From assembly GCA_000091205.1 (NCBI GenBank), contig AP006494.2: a DNA stretch of 64,000 bases. One strand, 5' to 3'. The first letter of the stretch is position 1, and each line of letters starts with the position of its first letter. Of the stretch, positions 40,780 through 51,285 are shown piece after piece. The DNA is from Cyanidioschyzon merolae (taxonomy: Eukaryota). Made by a program: the position numbers and the translations under genes. The notes beneath the pieces are model-generated. The model did not search any database and was not told the origin of the DNA. It was given only the letters and a program-made list of their open reading frames with translations.

Positions 40780-42060
40780 GTATATGCGCTCTGTGCGAAC
40801 TCCGATATTCTCAAAGACTGCTTGCGATCAACGGCACGGAAACAACCCGCTGATCACCTTAAGGAATGCAAGTATGATGACAGTAGCCGCCCTAGGTGTC
40901 TATGTTTCTCAACAGCATGTTCGTGTAGTCTGTAAAACACTGGGACAGAATCACAAAAAGTCTTGCTAAACGCACTGCCATCTTCCACCGGAATCGCAAC
41001 GACAGTGTTCCTGGAACGTCGCTATCCGTTTAAAGCGTAGGGATTTCGGTTTTGGTTTTACAGTCGACGAGACTTTTTTCGGGCGAAATGGACAGTACAT
41101 ATTTGAGTATTCGCGGAGAAGCGAGCCCGTTGTATACCCGACGGAACCCGAAGAGAACTCGGATATCATTATCTGTTCTAACTGCAGTGCATATACTTGG
41201 CGGCCTCAGTCCCGCCCTTAGACAAGGCTCAAATAATAGCACGCAATACGCCGAATCATAGAAGACTCTTCCCTGACATCTTGCGACGTTATTGTATTGG
41301 AAAACGTGGCATTGCGCCATTCCACTTGCGTTCGAGCTTTTGCAGAATCTATCGGGGTGGAGCTGTTTTTCATTCCGCCATTTACCCCGTGGCTCATCTC
41401 CATCGGAGGAGTGTTTTCTATCGTGAAACGGAATGACCGTTTCGCTGGGTGGATCGCTGAAGTGTTCAGCACACGGTAACACCGCGGCTATTTGTCTTTC
41501 TTCCACAAGTCCTTTTCCCTCCGGAAAGGTCTTCACGCCAGGACATCAACAAGTGCATTCATTCGAAGAAGTAAAAAATCCAAGAGAAAGCTATGGACAT
41601 GGAAGGCGAGGATCCTGGAAGCCGTGTGTCGCCGGCTTCGACCAAAAACGAAAAAATCCTCTCCTCGCCGACCATTGAGCGAAGAAGAGCAAATAACGAA
41701 GATGGAAAAGGGAGATATGCGAGAAATGGTGTTTGCCCAGCGGGACGATGACGAGGCTGTAGGCACACAAAGGGCATGAGTTTGAGGAGTCCTCGCAAAG
41801 ATGCGTTCAACCAGCGGCTAGAACCGCATGGAGTTCATGAACCGAGACTCGAAAGCTGCTACGAATATCAGGAGATATGCGGTGCTGAAGACGAGACCCG
41901 CGGGGCTGACAAGAGCGAGCCAACTTTCTGGGACAGCCTCTCAGACTCGAAGTGTGCAAGGAAAAGCTGAAGCCGATAGCAGGGACCCGGTCAAAGAAGG
42001 CCGGAACGCGTCTGTGAGTAAATATATACATTTATCCTCATTGTTCTTGGGACATTTTTG
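40780..42060 (+). mobile_element. TnpB/Fanzor-like element relic, copy B (inverted relative to copies A and C)
   Basis: 41828..42061(+) reads EFMNRDSKAATNIRRYAVLKTRPAGLTR, the RuvC-III D-x-NAA-x-NI motif. 41433..41678(+) ICLSSTSPFPSGKVFTPGHQQVHSFEEVKNP parallels copy A ICLSSISPYPSEKVPTQRHKRVRSFSKIRN. 41030..41536(-) EPCLRAGLRPPSICTAVRTDNDIRVLF parallels copy A GPCLRARLTPQNIPTAARIDNDFVLIEF. 41533..41766(-) RILAFHVHSFLLDFLLLRMNAL parallels copy C RVLEFHIHSFPLHFFLLQMNAI. Confidence 0.5.
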
Positions 42061-42186
42061 AACATTTTGATCCCTTACCTGCCGCCGCGGTGCAATTTCG
42101 CAGCTCGAAGCTTATCGGAGTCGCCTAAATTCGCGTGCGACGTTTTTTGCGCGAGGTGCAAGTAAACTTCAGAAAAGCCACGAGTA

Positions 42187-44034
42187 ATGCGTCATGATGC
42201 AGGACTTGCTCTTCCCTTCGTGACCACTGTCAACCATCTTTTCGCTGCAGACCATACCGCGCCAAAGTTGCGTTCGGGCTTAGCTTGCGCGCGGCTCAGC
42301 GGGCCTGCAGACCACCGGCGGCGGCGTTGCTCGCTGTCGCCTCGCGCGGCACGGACGCGTGCACCCAGCTTTGGACGGCATGCCAGCATGGACTTGGGGC
42401 AACCCTCAGACACGAAGACCGAGGACTCATTAGGGAAAGATAAGGCGGAGAAAGGACTACAAAAGATCCGTAGGGCTTTAGTTTCTGTATCGGACAAGGC
42501 ATCTTTGCGAGAGTTTGCGCAGTTTCTGGTTGGCCACAATGTTGAAATCATATCCACGGGCGGTACGGCAGAGAAACTCCGCGGCTATGATGTGCCCGTA
42601 ATAGATGTCAGTGAGTATACTAGCTTTCCAGAGATTCTTGACGGGCGCGTGAAGACCCTGGTTCCTAAAATTCACGGAGGTATCCTGGGTGTTCGCGGTA
42701 ACGCCTCACACGAAGAAGCGATGAAGCTCCACAGCATCGAGTACATTGATCTTGTTGTGGTGAATCTGTACCCTTTCGAAGAGACGGTGCGAAACGACGG
42801 GAGCTATGAAGCATGCATCGAGAATATTGACATTGGGGGACCAACGCTCATCCGAGCTGCTGCGAAGAACCACGCGAGCGTAACCGTCGTCACTGACGTC
42901 CACCAGTACTCAGACGTTATGGCTGATATGAATGATCATGATGGGTGTACAACTTTGTCCCTTCGGAAACGCCTTGCGGCTGTTGCGTTCTCTCTCTGTG
43001 CGTCGTATGACAGCTCGATTGCGGCGTGGTTCATGGAGGGTCTCGGGAAGCCGTTTCCGGACCGAATTACGATAAGCGGACGTTTGAAGCAGCGACTGCG
43101 TTATGGAGAGAATCCTCATCAGCCAGCTGCGTTTTATATGGACATGAGAGGAACGATCTGTCCAGGCGTTGCAACGGCCGAACAGGTTCAGGGCAAAGAG
43201 CTTAGCTACAATAACATCCTGGATACGGATGCGGCGTTCCGTCTCGTGAGCGAGTTTACAGAGCCCGCATGTGCGATTATTAAGCATTCTAATCCCTGCG
43301 GTTGCGCCACTGGTGTCTCGACCGAAGATGCCTACCTGAGGGCTCTTGCCTGTGACCCGATTTCTGCTTTTGGCGGTATCGTTGCGTTGAACAGAAAGAT
43401 TGATAAAGCAGTTGCAGAGCAGATCACCAAGGCGTTCACTGAGGTGGTGATCGCGCCAGATGCATCCGCGGAAGCTTTGGAGGTTCTTTCTGAGAAGAAG
43501 GCGACCAGAGTTCTTCTCACGGGAGCTATGCCGGATCCGCGGGCGCAACTGCAGAGTTTTCGATCAGTCATGGGAGGCTTTCTTGTCCAGGCTCTGGATA
43601 CGAAGATGGTTACAACGGAGGAGCTCAAGATTGTTACCAAACGCACCCCCACGGAAAACGAAATGCGCGATTTGCTTTTTGCCTGGAAAGTTTGCAAGCA
43701 CGTCAAATCGAACGCAATTGTTTATGCTAGAGATGGAGCCACTGTCGGCATTGGCGCGGGACAAATGAGTCGCGTAGATGCATCGAGAATTGCAGCCTGG
43801 AAAGCGCAGGAAGCCTCGCGCCAGGCCGAGGAGGATACTAGTCGCACGGCTGGATCTGTCGTCGCCTCTGATGCCTTCTTTCCTTTCGTGGATGGGCTTG
43901 TTGCCGCGGCGGATGCCGGCGCAACCGCCGTGATTCAACCAGGCGGGTCCAAGCGTGATGCGGAGGTTATCGCTGCTGCCGATGAACGAGGGATTGCGAT
44001 GGTCTTTACCGGTATTCGACACTTTTTACACTGA
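42187..44034 (+). CDS. purH: Bifunctional purine biosynthesis protein PurH/ATIC (AICAR transformylase / IMP cyclohydrolase) with ~95-aa N-terminal extension
   Basis: [64 protein letters not shown] (MGS-like IMPCH domain), then an AICARFT domain through the C-terminal GGSKRD..FTGIRHF. ATG start. Confidence 0.9.
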   Translation: MRHDAGLALPFVTTVNHLFAADHTAPKLRSGLACARLSGPADHRRRRCSLSPRAARTRAPSFGRHASMDLGQPSDTKTEDSLGKDKAEKGLQKIRRALVSVSDKASLREFAQFLVGHNVEIISTGGTAEKLRGYDVPVIDVSEYTSFPEILDGRVKTLVPKIHGGILGVRGNASHEEAMKLHSIEYIDLVVVNLYPFEETVRNDGSYEACIENIDIGGPTLIRAAAKNHASVTVVTDVHQYSDVMADMNDHDGCTTLSLRKRLAAVAFSLCASYDSSIAAWFMEGLGKPFPDRITISGRLKQRLRYGENPHQPAAFYMDMRGTICPGVATAEQVQGKELSYNNILDTDAAFRLVSEFTEPACAIIKHSNPCGCATGVSTEDAYLRALACDPISAFGGIVALNRKIDKAVAEQITKAFTEVVIAPDASAEALEVLSEKKATRVLLTGAMPDPRAQLQSFRSVMGGFLVQALDTKMVTTEELKIVTKRTPTENEMRDLLFAWKVCKHVKSNAIVYARDGATVGIGAGQMSRVDASRIAAWKAQEASRQAEEDTSRTAGSVVASDAFFPFVDGLVAAADAGATAVIQPGGSKRDAEVIAAADERGIAMVFTGIRHFLH

Positions 44035-44057
44035 GATGCATTTCAAGGACTTGGTCC

Positions 44058-44651
44058 TCACCATTCCGTGAGGGCGTCATCTTCCGCATGGCTGCGCGCT
44101 TCCGTCGAGACGCTCGGAGGCTCGATACTCATACGCGCTGCGCGCAGTACGCGCAAAAGCGCCACTCGGGTCTGCAAGCATAAACGCTCTAGGTCATTTG
44201 TGTTGACGGCAACTGTTGTATCGTCCAATGGTATGTTTTGGATGTTGTCTGCCTCTCTGAGTCCATTCTCAAGGTCGTGCACAAGTCGCGCGTACGCAGA
44301 TTCCAGCTTTCTGTAGCTCGCTTGGAAGTTTCGCCATACTTTGGGAACGGTGGTTACTGCATTGTCTTCAGGCTCAGGCGCTTGAAAACTGGTCTCTCTA
44401 AAATCCCGAATCGAGCCGCAATTCTGAATCTCGCGTTGTAAGAGCGTGTGCATGTTTCGATAGAAGCCCACCTGGAACGCTAGATTGCGGCCTAGTTGAT
44501 GCCCATCTTGCCAGGCGCTTTCGAAAGCCAGTTCCCGTAGTTTTGCGTGCACGTTCCTAACACCTTGGACGATGGCATCCTGTTCCAAGCATCTTAGAGA
44601 GTCAAAGAACTCAAGCGACGCTTGCTGTTCGACAGCGTCGCTTCGGTTCAT
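44058..44651 (-). CDS. Hypothetical protein (197 aa)
   Basis: ATG-initiated ORF immediately downstream (convergent) of purH. No family assignable. Confidence 0.35.
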   Translation of the reverse strand: MNRSDAVEQQASLEFFDSLRCLEQDAIVQGVRNVHAKLRELAFESAWQDGHQLGRNLAFQVGFYRNMHTLLQREIQNCGSIRDFRETSFQAPEPEDNAVTTVPKVWRNFQASYRKLESAYARLVHDLENGLREADNIQNIPLDDTTVAVNTNDLERLCLQTRVALLRVLRAARMSIEPPSVSTEARSHAEDDALTEW

Positions 44652-45263
44652 GGTTCCACGGGTTTAGCGTCCAGGCACTCTTGGAACTCAAAGAGGCCAA
44701 GGTATTACCAGGACTGGTAATTCTTTCGGGAGATAGTTTCAGCAACTTGCACCACGCCTACGAACAGCAAGTTCTTCCGAGCCGGTGGGTTACCGGACAG
44801 GACTGGCAAGTCCAGCCAGACACGCCTGTCTGCGCCAACGCTCACAGTAGCCGGCGACTGGACCTCGGCTCCTCCACAGACGCTTTCTTGCGAGAGAAAC
44901 TGTCGAACAGGGTCCGGCTCCAAGTTATTTTGTGGTGTATAAATTTAGTGTACCTAGCCAGACTTTTCAGTTTGCTTGAACGCCAACAGTAACCAGGATA
45001 GAGAATCTAGCGCAATTGAAAAGGACCCTTGCACCTGAAACGCTGCAGCACGTTCGTAAACATGATATTATGAGCGATTCATCAACGGCCTCACGCTGAG
45101 CCTACGAGTCTAGAGTCCCTTTTATGAGCCGGATGCACAGACACTCGCACAAGTTGCAGCATCGTAAAACCGCTTATGTGCTCGATGGCATGCAAAACTC
45201 ATGAACATAGTGTCGACGGCGTGCAGTCTCAAACAGCGGCATTCGAAGAGCAGATTTTCGACT

Positions 45264-45836
45264 CTATCTTCTATACGATGCAGATACAAACGGCGTTTCC
45301 AGAAGGTTTTTTTGTAATGAGCCCGAATCGTGGTCGCTGGGTAGCGCTGGAAACGGCATTAAGCTCTGTCGATCATCCTGGTATCGTTTTAAGTACGTTG
45401 CTAAAGCTGTCGCCAGAATCCGCGGCACGTTCGAGCAGCGCATCATCTTGGATAACGTCCCTGGGACTGTTTGCACAAGCCCAGCACACGTTGCAGAAGC
45501 GAGTGGCATTGCGCAGAGCCGTGCAGCGTGTCGACTCCTCTGGATGCATTCAAGCAGGGGGGCTGTTGTAGGCCCTTGCCTTGAACTGATTGGAACACGA
45601 AGCGAAGGGTCGCAAGGCCGACGCTCGAGCATCTGGTTGACGGACAGGTAGCCCTGCTCCTGGCAGGGAAGCATTGGCGTCAATAAGCGCACTCGCTGAA
45701 CAAGGAAAGGCATAGCTTTCACGCGTGCGCCCTGTGTGCGATTTTTGACAGTCAGCATCTCAGCCGTATGCATCGAAGGCCAGAACACGAAGCGACGATC
45801 CATCCGTGGACGTGCTTCCAGCGTTGCATGAGACAA
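45264..45836 (-). CDS. Hypothetical ORF (190 aa), doubtful
   Basis: Only a long ORF. Overlaps an opposite-strand ORF of similar length. No motifs. Confidence 0.15.
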   Translation of the reverse strand: MSHATLEARPRMDRRFVFWPSMHTAEMLTVKNRTQGARVKAMPFLVQRVRLLTPMLPCQEQGYLSVNQMLERRPCDPSLRVPISSRQGPTTAPLLECIQRSRHAARLCAMPLASATCAGLVQTVPGTLSKMMRCSNVPRILATALATYLKRYQDDRQSLMPFPALPSDHDSGSLQKNLLETPFVSASYRR

Positions 45837-46139
45837 GGGCTGTGCGCTCGCGTAGGTCGATCCAGATAAGGCCGAGTTTAAAAGGGATTACATGCTGCTG
45901 ACGCTTTTATCGGAAAAATATCGCAATTCGAGCTCCTACCGAAAATAAGATGACCGGCGCTCTGAAGTTCATTGCTCGCGGAAGCTCCATAGTGGGTCGC
46001 TCGGGCGCAGCGATGTGCGATGCCCATCCAAAGACCACAACACGGACGCGAACCTTGAAGCCCGCCTCAAACCAAAGCACATGTAGTAGCTAAAGGTGTA
46101 ACATAACTTCGCGTCTATTCGCGCTCGTAACGTTGGCGA

Positions 46140-46688
46140 TCAGCGATGAACGATCCCATCGTACTGGGCCTGGAAGAAACGGATGGCGTCTTCCTTTGAT
46201 ACCCGCTGGAGCGGCCCGACCGTCGAGCGGCAGCGCCTTCGGCGAGCAACACGTGCCCCCCGTCGCTTCAACACAACAACAAAGTCCATCCCAAAGATAC
46301 CAGTGGCTGGATCATATTTCAAACCGAGGTCGATGTGTTCTTGGATGCCAAACCCAAAGCAACCTGTATCCGAGAAGTTTGATTCGTGCAACTCATACTC
46401 TCGCACCCGAAGACCACGTTCCAACAGATCTAAAGCCTTCTGCCCTCGAATTGTAACGTGCGCAGAAATGCGCTCGCCGCGACGGATCCCAAACTGCCTT
46501 ATAGTCAGGCGTGCTCGAGAGGTGACCACAGCCTGGCCGTCAGGGTTCTCCTCAGTTGCGGTCAGTTGCTGGAGCACTCTGCAGGCTTTGGTCAGAGGAT
46601 CACCACTTGAGCCGACGCAGCAGTTGATAACAAGCTTATCCACTCTCAACTCCCGCATCGGGTTCTCCAGCTTCTTTGGGTTTACCAT
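46140..46688 (-). CDS. RPL11: 60S ribosomal protein uL5 (RPL11), single exon
   Basis: [83 protein letters not shown] matches eukaryotic RPL11 nearly motif-for-motif. ATG start. Confidence 0.92.
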   Translation of the reverse strand: MVNPKKLENPMRELRVDKLVINCCVGSSGDPLTKACRVLQQLTATEENPDGQAVVTSRARLTIRQFGIRRGERISAHVTIRGQKALDLLERGLRVREYELHESNFSDTGCFGFGIQEHIDLGLKYDPATGIFGMDFVVVLKRRGARVARRRRCRSTVGPLQRVSKEDAIRFFQAQYDGIVHR

Positions 46689-46743
46689 CTTGATAACAGT
46701 AGGAGCGGTATGCTAAAGCGTACGCTTACAACACAGGAGTATA

Positions 46744-47067
46744 CTAACGCCGCACGAGTCCGGGTAGCGACGATTCCCCGCCGATTGACTTTGGTACATA
46801 TCTTGACATTATGGTTTCATGGATCGGCACATGGCGCACAACGGAGGCGGCCGTAGCCGATCCGGCAGGTGCCTGATAGGAAGCGTCGACCTCAAAATTG
46901 CTGGTACACTGGCAGGCACCCGAAGTAGCTTCTGGATCCATGCGTTCTTTATCTGCCTTAACAGAAGGAACTTTATCGGGGTCGTTACCAGCGCATTCGC
47001 CCAATAGCTTGTACACATGTCCTGACGCTGTGATCACCAAGGTCTCGAAACGGAGCACGCGCGCCAT
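46744..47067 (-). CDS. Small hypothetical protein (107 aa)
   Basis: ATG-initiated ORF directly upstream (same strand) of RPL11. No family assignable. Confidence 0.25.
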   Translation of the reverse strand: MARVLRFETLVITASGHVYKLLGECAGNDPDKVPSVKADKERMDPEATSGACQCTSNFEVDASYQAPAGSATAASVVRHVPIHETIMSRYVPKSIGGESSLPGLVRR

Positions 47068-47699
47068 TCCTGTTTATTCGTGCTCGTGCGTCCGAAAGCA
47101 TACGCCAGAGCGCCCTCGGCGGTCATCGACTGGGTCGGAAACATCGTGCCCCATTTGTGGGTTTTGTTGCATTCGTTTTCGCACTTTTTGAGCGTCGTGC
47201 CGAAGCTACTCTGAAGACTGTCCCGCGATGCAGTCTTGCTTTGCACGCCAAGGCACACCGGATTCCGGCATCCAGCGGTTGCTGGCTCGACAAATGGTGC
47301 TAGCTAGTGCTTTTTCCGAACAAATTTTCGATCGGGGGCTTCTGCACCATCTCGTTTTGTAATGCGCGTCCGTCACCATGATTTGCAAAGGCATATCGTT
47401 TGGGATGCTGCGCTAGAAGCCCTTTTTCATCCGAGTACGAATAAACGGAACAACATGAACTACTCGCATTATTCCTACCTTGAGATACGTTTTCGACCCC
47501 TCTCGTTAAATTTACGGCCTCGATATTCGATATACAGCTGTGGCGGCTTACGGATTCAAGATGTGGGTTTACGATCCTAGGTCGTTATTACGGAACGGCT
47601 TGTTTGCCTCTTCGCCGCTGGAAACCTTGATGTCACAGGAATCGACAAGAAATAGCAACGCTCGAACAAGATTTCCTTAAATAACCGGTATCCTTATAA

Positions 47700-48260
47700 A
47701 ATCCATACTGGAAGCTTCCACTCTTCTAATTTCCTTACGTATACCATATGCAAAACGTGCATTATTCAGGATTTCGATCCTTCTGTTTCAAAGCAGCTCA
47801 TTGGTGTACGAATGCTCGCCACTGGATTGACAAAGAGAAAACTCGACGTCGATCCTCGATGCCTTGTTCACAAGCTCATGCCGAAAGCTCTCTGGACTTG
47901 TCTTGCAAAGTAATCCTTTCTACTTGAAAAATGAATCCTCCAATTTTTGCGGCATGCGACGAAACAGCGTTCTACAAGAGCATGTGGTCCTTCACAAAAA
48001 CTGCCCTCGGACGCTCTCGTCTCATCTGTTTGCGTCGAAAGCGCTCTGGGACTCGTACTTGAGTTATAGCAGCGATCGCTTCCAATGGAGAGTGCATCAC
48101 AGTTTTGTAAGTAGCGAGTGCAGACAGATGATTATATCCGAGTTGGTCTCCAGCCTTGATTTTGTCTGCGGTACTTTTTTTCATCGTGAACAGTATCGGG
48201 TAGAAAAAGCTTCTATCGAATGGGACATCGTACGCTTTTGAGTGCAGCGGATAATGCACT
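47700..48260 (+). mobile_element. Diverged DDE_3 transposase relic, copy 5 (C-terminal part)
   Basis: ORF 47864..48241 ends FHREQYRVEKASIEWDIVRF, parallel to ALHKSAIEWDNVRL / AFHKSSIDWYSV of the other copies. The antisense frame conserves HSPLEAIAAI vs HAPLEAILAMI of copy 4. Confidence 0.45.
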
Positions 48261-48957
48261 CTTGGAACGCATCGTCCAGAGGAAGTCGGTGATCAGACCT
48301 TATGCCTCTGGGCACGGAAACGGAGGAGGATATCGAGGTGAACCTTCCGTGCCGTTCAAGGGCATACATTGACCTCTGAAGCGAGTCTTGACGTGGCATG
48401 GGGAGCTCTCGGAGGAGAAGCACGTATTGCGGGCCTATTGGAACACCTGAATACAGTCAAGTGTCCCCGTTGTGAAAGGCATTCCGACGCTGTATACAAA
48501 GAAGAGGGAAATAGCAAGTGAAAAGGCAGTAACAACTTTCGTCTGTGCAGGTGAAGCGTAAACAGCAGTCGGATGCGGCGAGATCGAGACTCTGAGGCAG
48601 GTGCGAACAACCGTGGACTACTGACAATAGAGCTTCAGCAAAACAGGCGTCTAGCGCGTTCAGAGCCGAAGATATGAGAGAGGGAGTTGGGGCAGCCGCC
48701 GACAAAGCCGCCAGGGGCTGGTGTTGACAATTGTGAGAAGAGGCCCAAAGTTTGGCGTGTATGCCCGAGTAACTGGATATATTCAATCTTATTCTGCTAC
48801 GGGTGTCGTTTGGTGCATGTATTCTGAACAGCGAAATGTCATAGACGCTTCCATATGCATATGCATTCATGATTCAGTCGATTTGCCCATGACGACAGGA
48901 ACGTGTCAGTGCCCTTGCGAACGCACGCTCTGCACGAAAAGCTTCTACCTTATTCCT

Positions 48958-51285
48958 TTATGGTGCCACTCGAAGGGCGTTCCCGGATGCTTTAGCGGTT
49001 GCCCTCTCACCTGAGACGTACATTTCATCGATGACATGGGCGTACTTTTCTTGTACGACACGGCGCTTAACTTTCAGGGTTGGGGTGAGCTCGCCGCCTT
49101 CCACGGTAAGCTCGGTGGGAAGGATTCGAAAGTACTTGATCGTTGCATACGACGGCAGTGTCGCGTTCACTTCATCGATGTAATGCTGAATCACATCAAT
49201 GATTCGCTTATCTCTGGAGAGTATATCGGGGCGAGACTCCGTAGATTCTATGCCAATCTTAGAGGTCAACGCCGGGAGCGCACCCTCATCTAGCGTAATC
49301 AGTGCAGTGCAGTACGGTTTTCCGTCGCCAATAACCACTACTTGGGCTATGCCGTCGAACGTTTTAAGCCGCGCTTCTGTTGGCTGAGGCGCGATGAATT
49401 TCCCGCCTGATGTTTTAATCAGATCTTTCAGGCGATCGGTGACAACAAGATAGCCGTCCTCATCGAAACTCCCAACATCACCGGTGTGCAAGAACCCAGC
49501 ATTGTCAATAACTTGGGCAGTACCTCGTGCATCATTGTAGTAACCAGCGAAGACGTTATCGCCTTTCGCGAGGATTTCTCCATCCGCACCAAGAACTACT
49601 TGAATCCCACGGAGGGGCAGGCCCGCGGTCCCCGGCTTGATGGCGCCTTTTGGCGTCAGCGCGATGACACCCGTGCTCTCGCTCTGGCCATACAGCTCCG
49701 CGATGTCGATACCTATGCTCCGGAAGAAGCGTGAGATCTCTGGATTCAGCGGCGCTGCTCCCGAGGCGAACGTATGACATCGATCGAGCCCAAGCAGCGT
49801 CAGGATTTTGCCAATGATGTGCTTCTGGTAGAGGCGCCACTGGACGGTGGTCCAGATGGCTGGCCGTTGTCCGCGTATGCTGTTGCGACACTCACCAATG
49901 GATGCGCCGTTTCGGAGTGCCTGGCTGATGACGGCGCGTCGAAGGAGCGCCTCCGAGGCGAAGCGTTGCTTGAGCGCGGACGCAAACTTTTCCCATACCC
50001 TTGGCACGCACAGGAACAGGGTCGGACGCACCTCCGCCAGGTTGTTCTTCACTGTAGCAAAGCTCTCCGCAAAATAGACGGCATTCGCATCATAGATAGC
50101 AAGCAATTCACCTTGAATGCGCTCCGCGATATGGCAGAGTGGGAGAAACGACAGTGTAATATCGCCGCCGTTTGAACCTACACAACGGGATATTTCCTCT
50201 GCAATGAAATAAAGGTTGCGATGTCGATAGCATGCTCCCTTGGGTTTTCCCGTTGTCCCCGAAGTGTATACGGTCATGCAGATTGCCGACGGCAAAATGG
50301 CTCTCGCTTGGCGTTCAATGTTCGTTGCTGCGCTCTCAAAGTGCCGTCGGCCTTTTTTCAATAGTTCGCTCCACGAAATATTTTTCCAGTGTGGTTTCCG
50401 ACCGCATCGAGGCGAAACTTCTCGTGTGGTATCATTCATGAGCACGACGAGCTGAAGCTCCCCAAGCATTTCCGCAGTATCTAGCAGCTTTGCGTACTGC
50501 ATTTCAGAGTCCACGAAAACAACTTTCGCTCGAAAATTCTCACAGACAAACGCAACTTGCTCCGCTAGATCGTTCGGATATAGACCGGTGGTACAGCCTG
50601 CAAGACACATGACCGCCAGGTCCGCGATAAGCCATCTGGGTGAGTTCGAACCCAAGATGGCAGCGTGGTCGCCGGCCTCGAACCCGCATTGCCTCAGGCC
50701 GTTAGCGATTTGACAAACCAGTCTACCGTACTCCTTCCACGAGATGGATACCCATCCGTCGCCTTCTTTCGATGCCAGGGCAGCAGAATCCGCACAGTTT
50801 CTCCGAATCCCATGAGCATTATCGAAAAAAAGGTTCAATAAGGTTTTCGTTCTAGTCTCCTCTTGAGTAAGCGCGAGTTGTGGGGGCTGCTCTCCCTGTA
50901 AACCGGGAGAAAGGAACGAGTCGCTTGGAGACCCTTCAGGATTCTGCGTGAAGATTCCTGCAAGGAATGGAGCTGCATTATTCGGCTTCTTCGAATCTTC
51001 AACCTTGCCTAACGTTCGCTCACGAGTTACCCGATGCGCCATGTTGTACGACCTAGACGCTGAGCCCTGAGGCGTCTGGAACGTGTTCTGTGCCCTGGGC
51101 TGCAACCACAGCGACGCAAGCGTGTCATTGCCGTGCTGTTCGCAATTTCCCTGCACGCCCAGGTGAAGGTTGCTGCTGAGCGATCGCATAGGCGCCGGCC
51201 CCGGTGTCGGGCTTGCTGCAGGGGTAACAAAAGCATAACCAGAGTCACTTGGCACGTCACTGGTACGAAAATGTTTCATAACCAT
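48958..51285 (-). CDS. Long-chain fatty-acid-CoA ligase (acyl-CoA synthetase, AMP-binding superfamily) with low-complexity N-terminal extension
   Basis: YTSGTTGKPKGACY (AMP-binding P-loop), FLHTGDVGSFDEDGYLVVTDRLKDLIKTSGGKFIAPQPTE (motif II/III), length and linker typical of LACS. ATG at 51285; the true start could be a downstream Met (homology begins after ~aa 150). Confidence 0.85.
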   Translation of the reverse strand: MVMKHFRTSDVPSDSGYAFVTPAASPTPGPAPMRSLSSNLHLGVQGNCEQHGNDTLASLWLQPRAQNTFQTPQGSASRSYNMAHRVTRERTLGKVEDSKKPNNAAPFLAGIFTQNPEGSPSDSFLSPGLQGEQPPQLALTQEETRTKTLLNLFFDNAHGIRRNCADSAALASKEGDGWVSISWKEYGRLVCQIANGLRQCGFEAGDHAAILGSNSPRWLIADLAVMCLAGCTTGLYPNDLAEQVAFVCENFRAKVVFVDSEMQYAKLLDTAEMLGELQLVVLMNDTTREVSPRCGRKPHWKNISWSELLKKGRRHFESAATNIERQARAILPSAICMTVYTSGTTGKPKGACYRHRNLYFIAEEISRCVGSNGGDITLSFLPLCHIAERIQGELLAIYDANAVYFAESFATVKNNLAEVRPTLFLCVPRVWEKFASALKQRFASEALLRRAVISQALRNGASIGECRNSIRGQRPAIWTTVQWRLYQKHIIGKILTLLGLDRCHTFASGAAPLNPEISRFFRSIGIDIAELYGQSESTGVIALTPKGAIKPGTAGLPLRGIQVVLGADGEILAKGDNVFAGYYNDARGTAQVIDNAGFLHTGDVGSFDEDGYLVVTDRLKDLIKTSGGKFIAPQPTEARLKTFDGIAQVVVIGDGKPYCTALITLDEGALPALTSKIGIESTESRPDILSRDKRIIDVIQHYIDEVNATLPSYATIKYFRILPTELTVEGGELTPTLKVKRRVVQEKYAHVIDEMYVSGERATAKASGNALRVAP

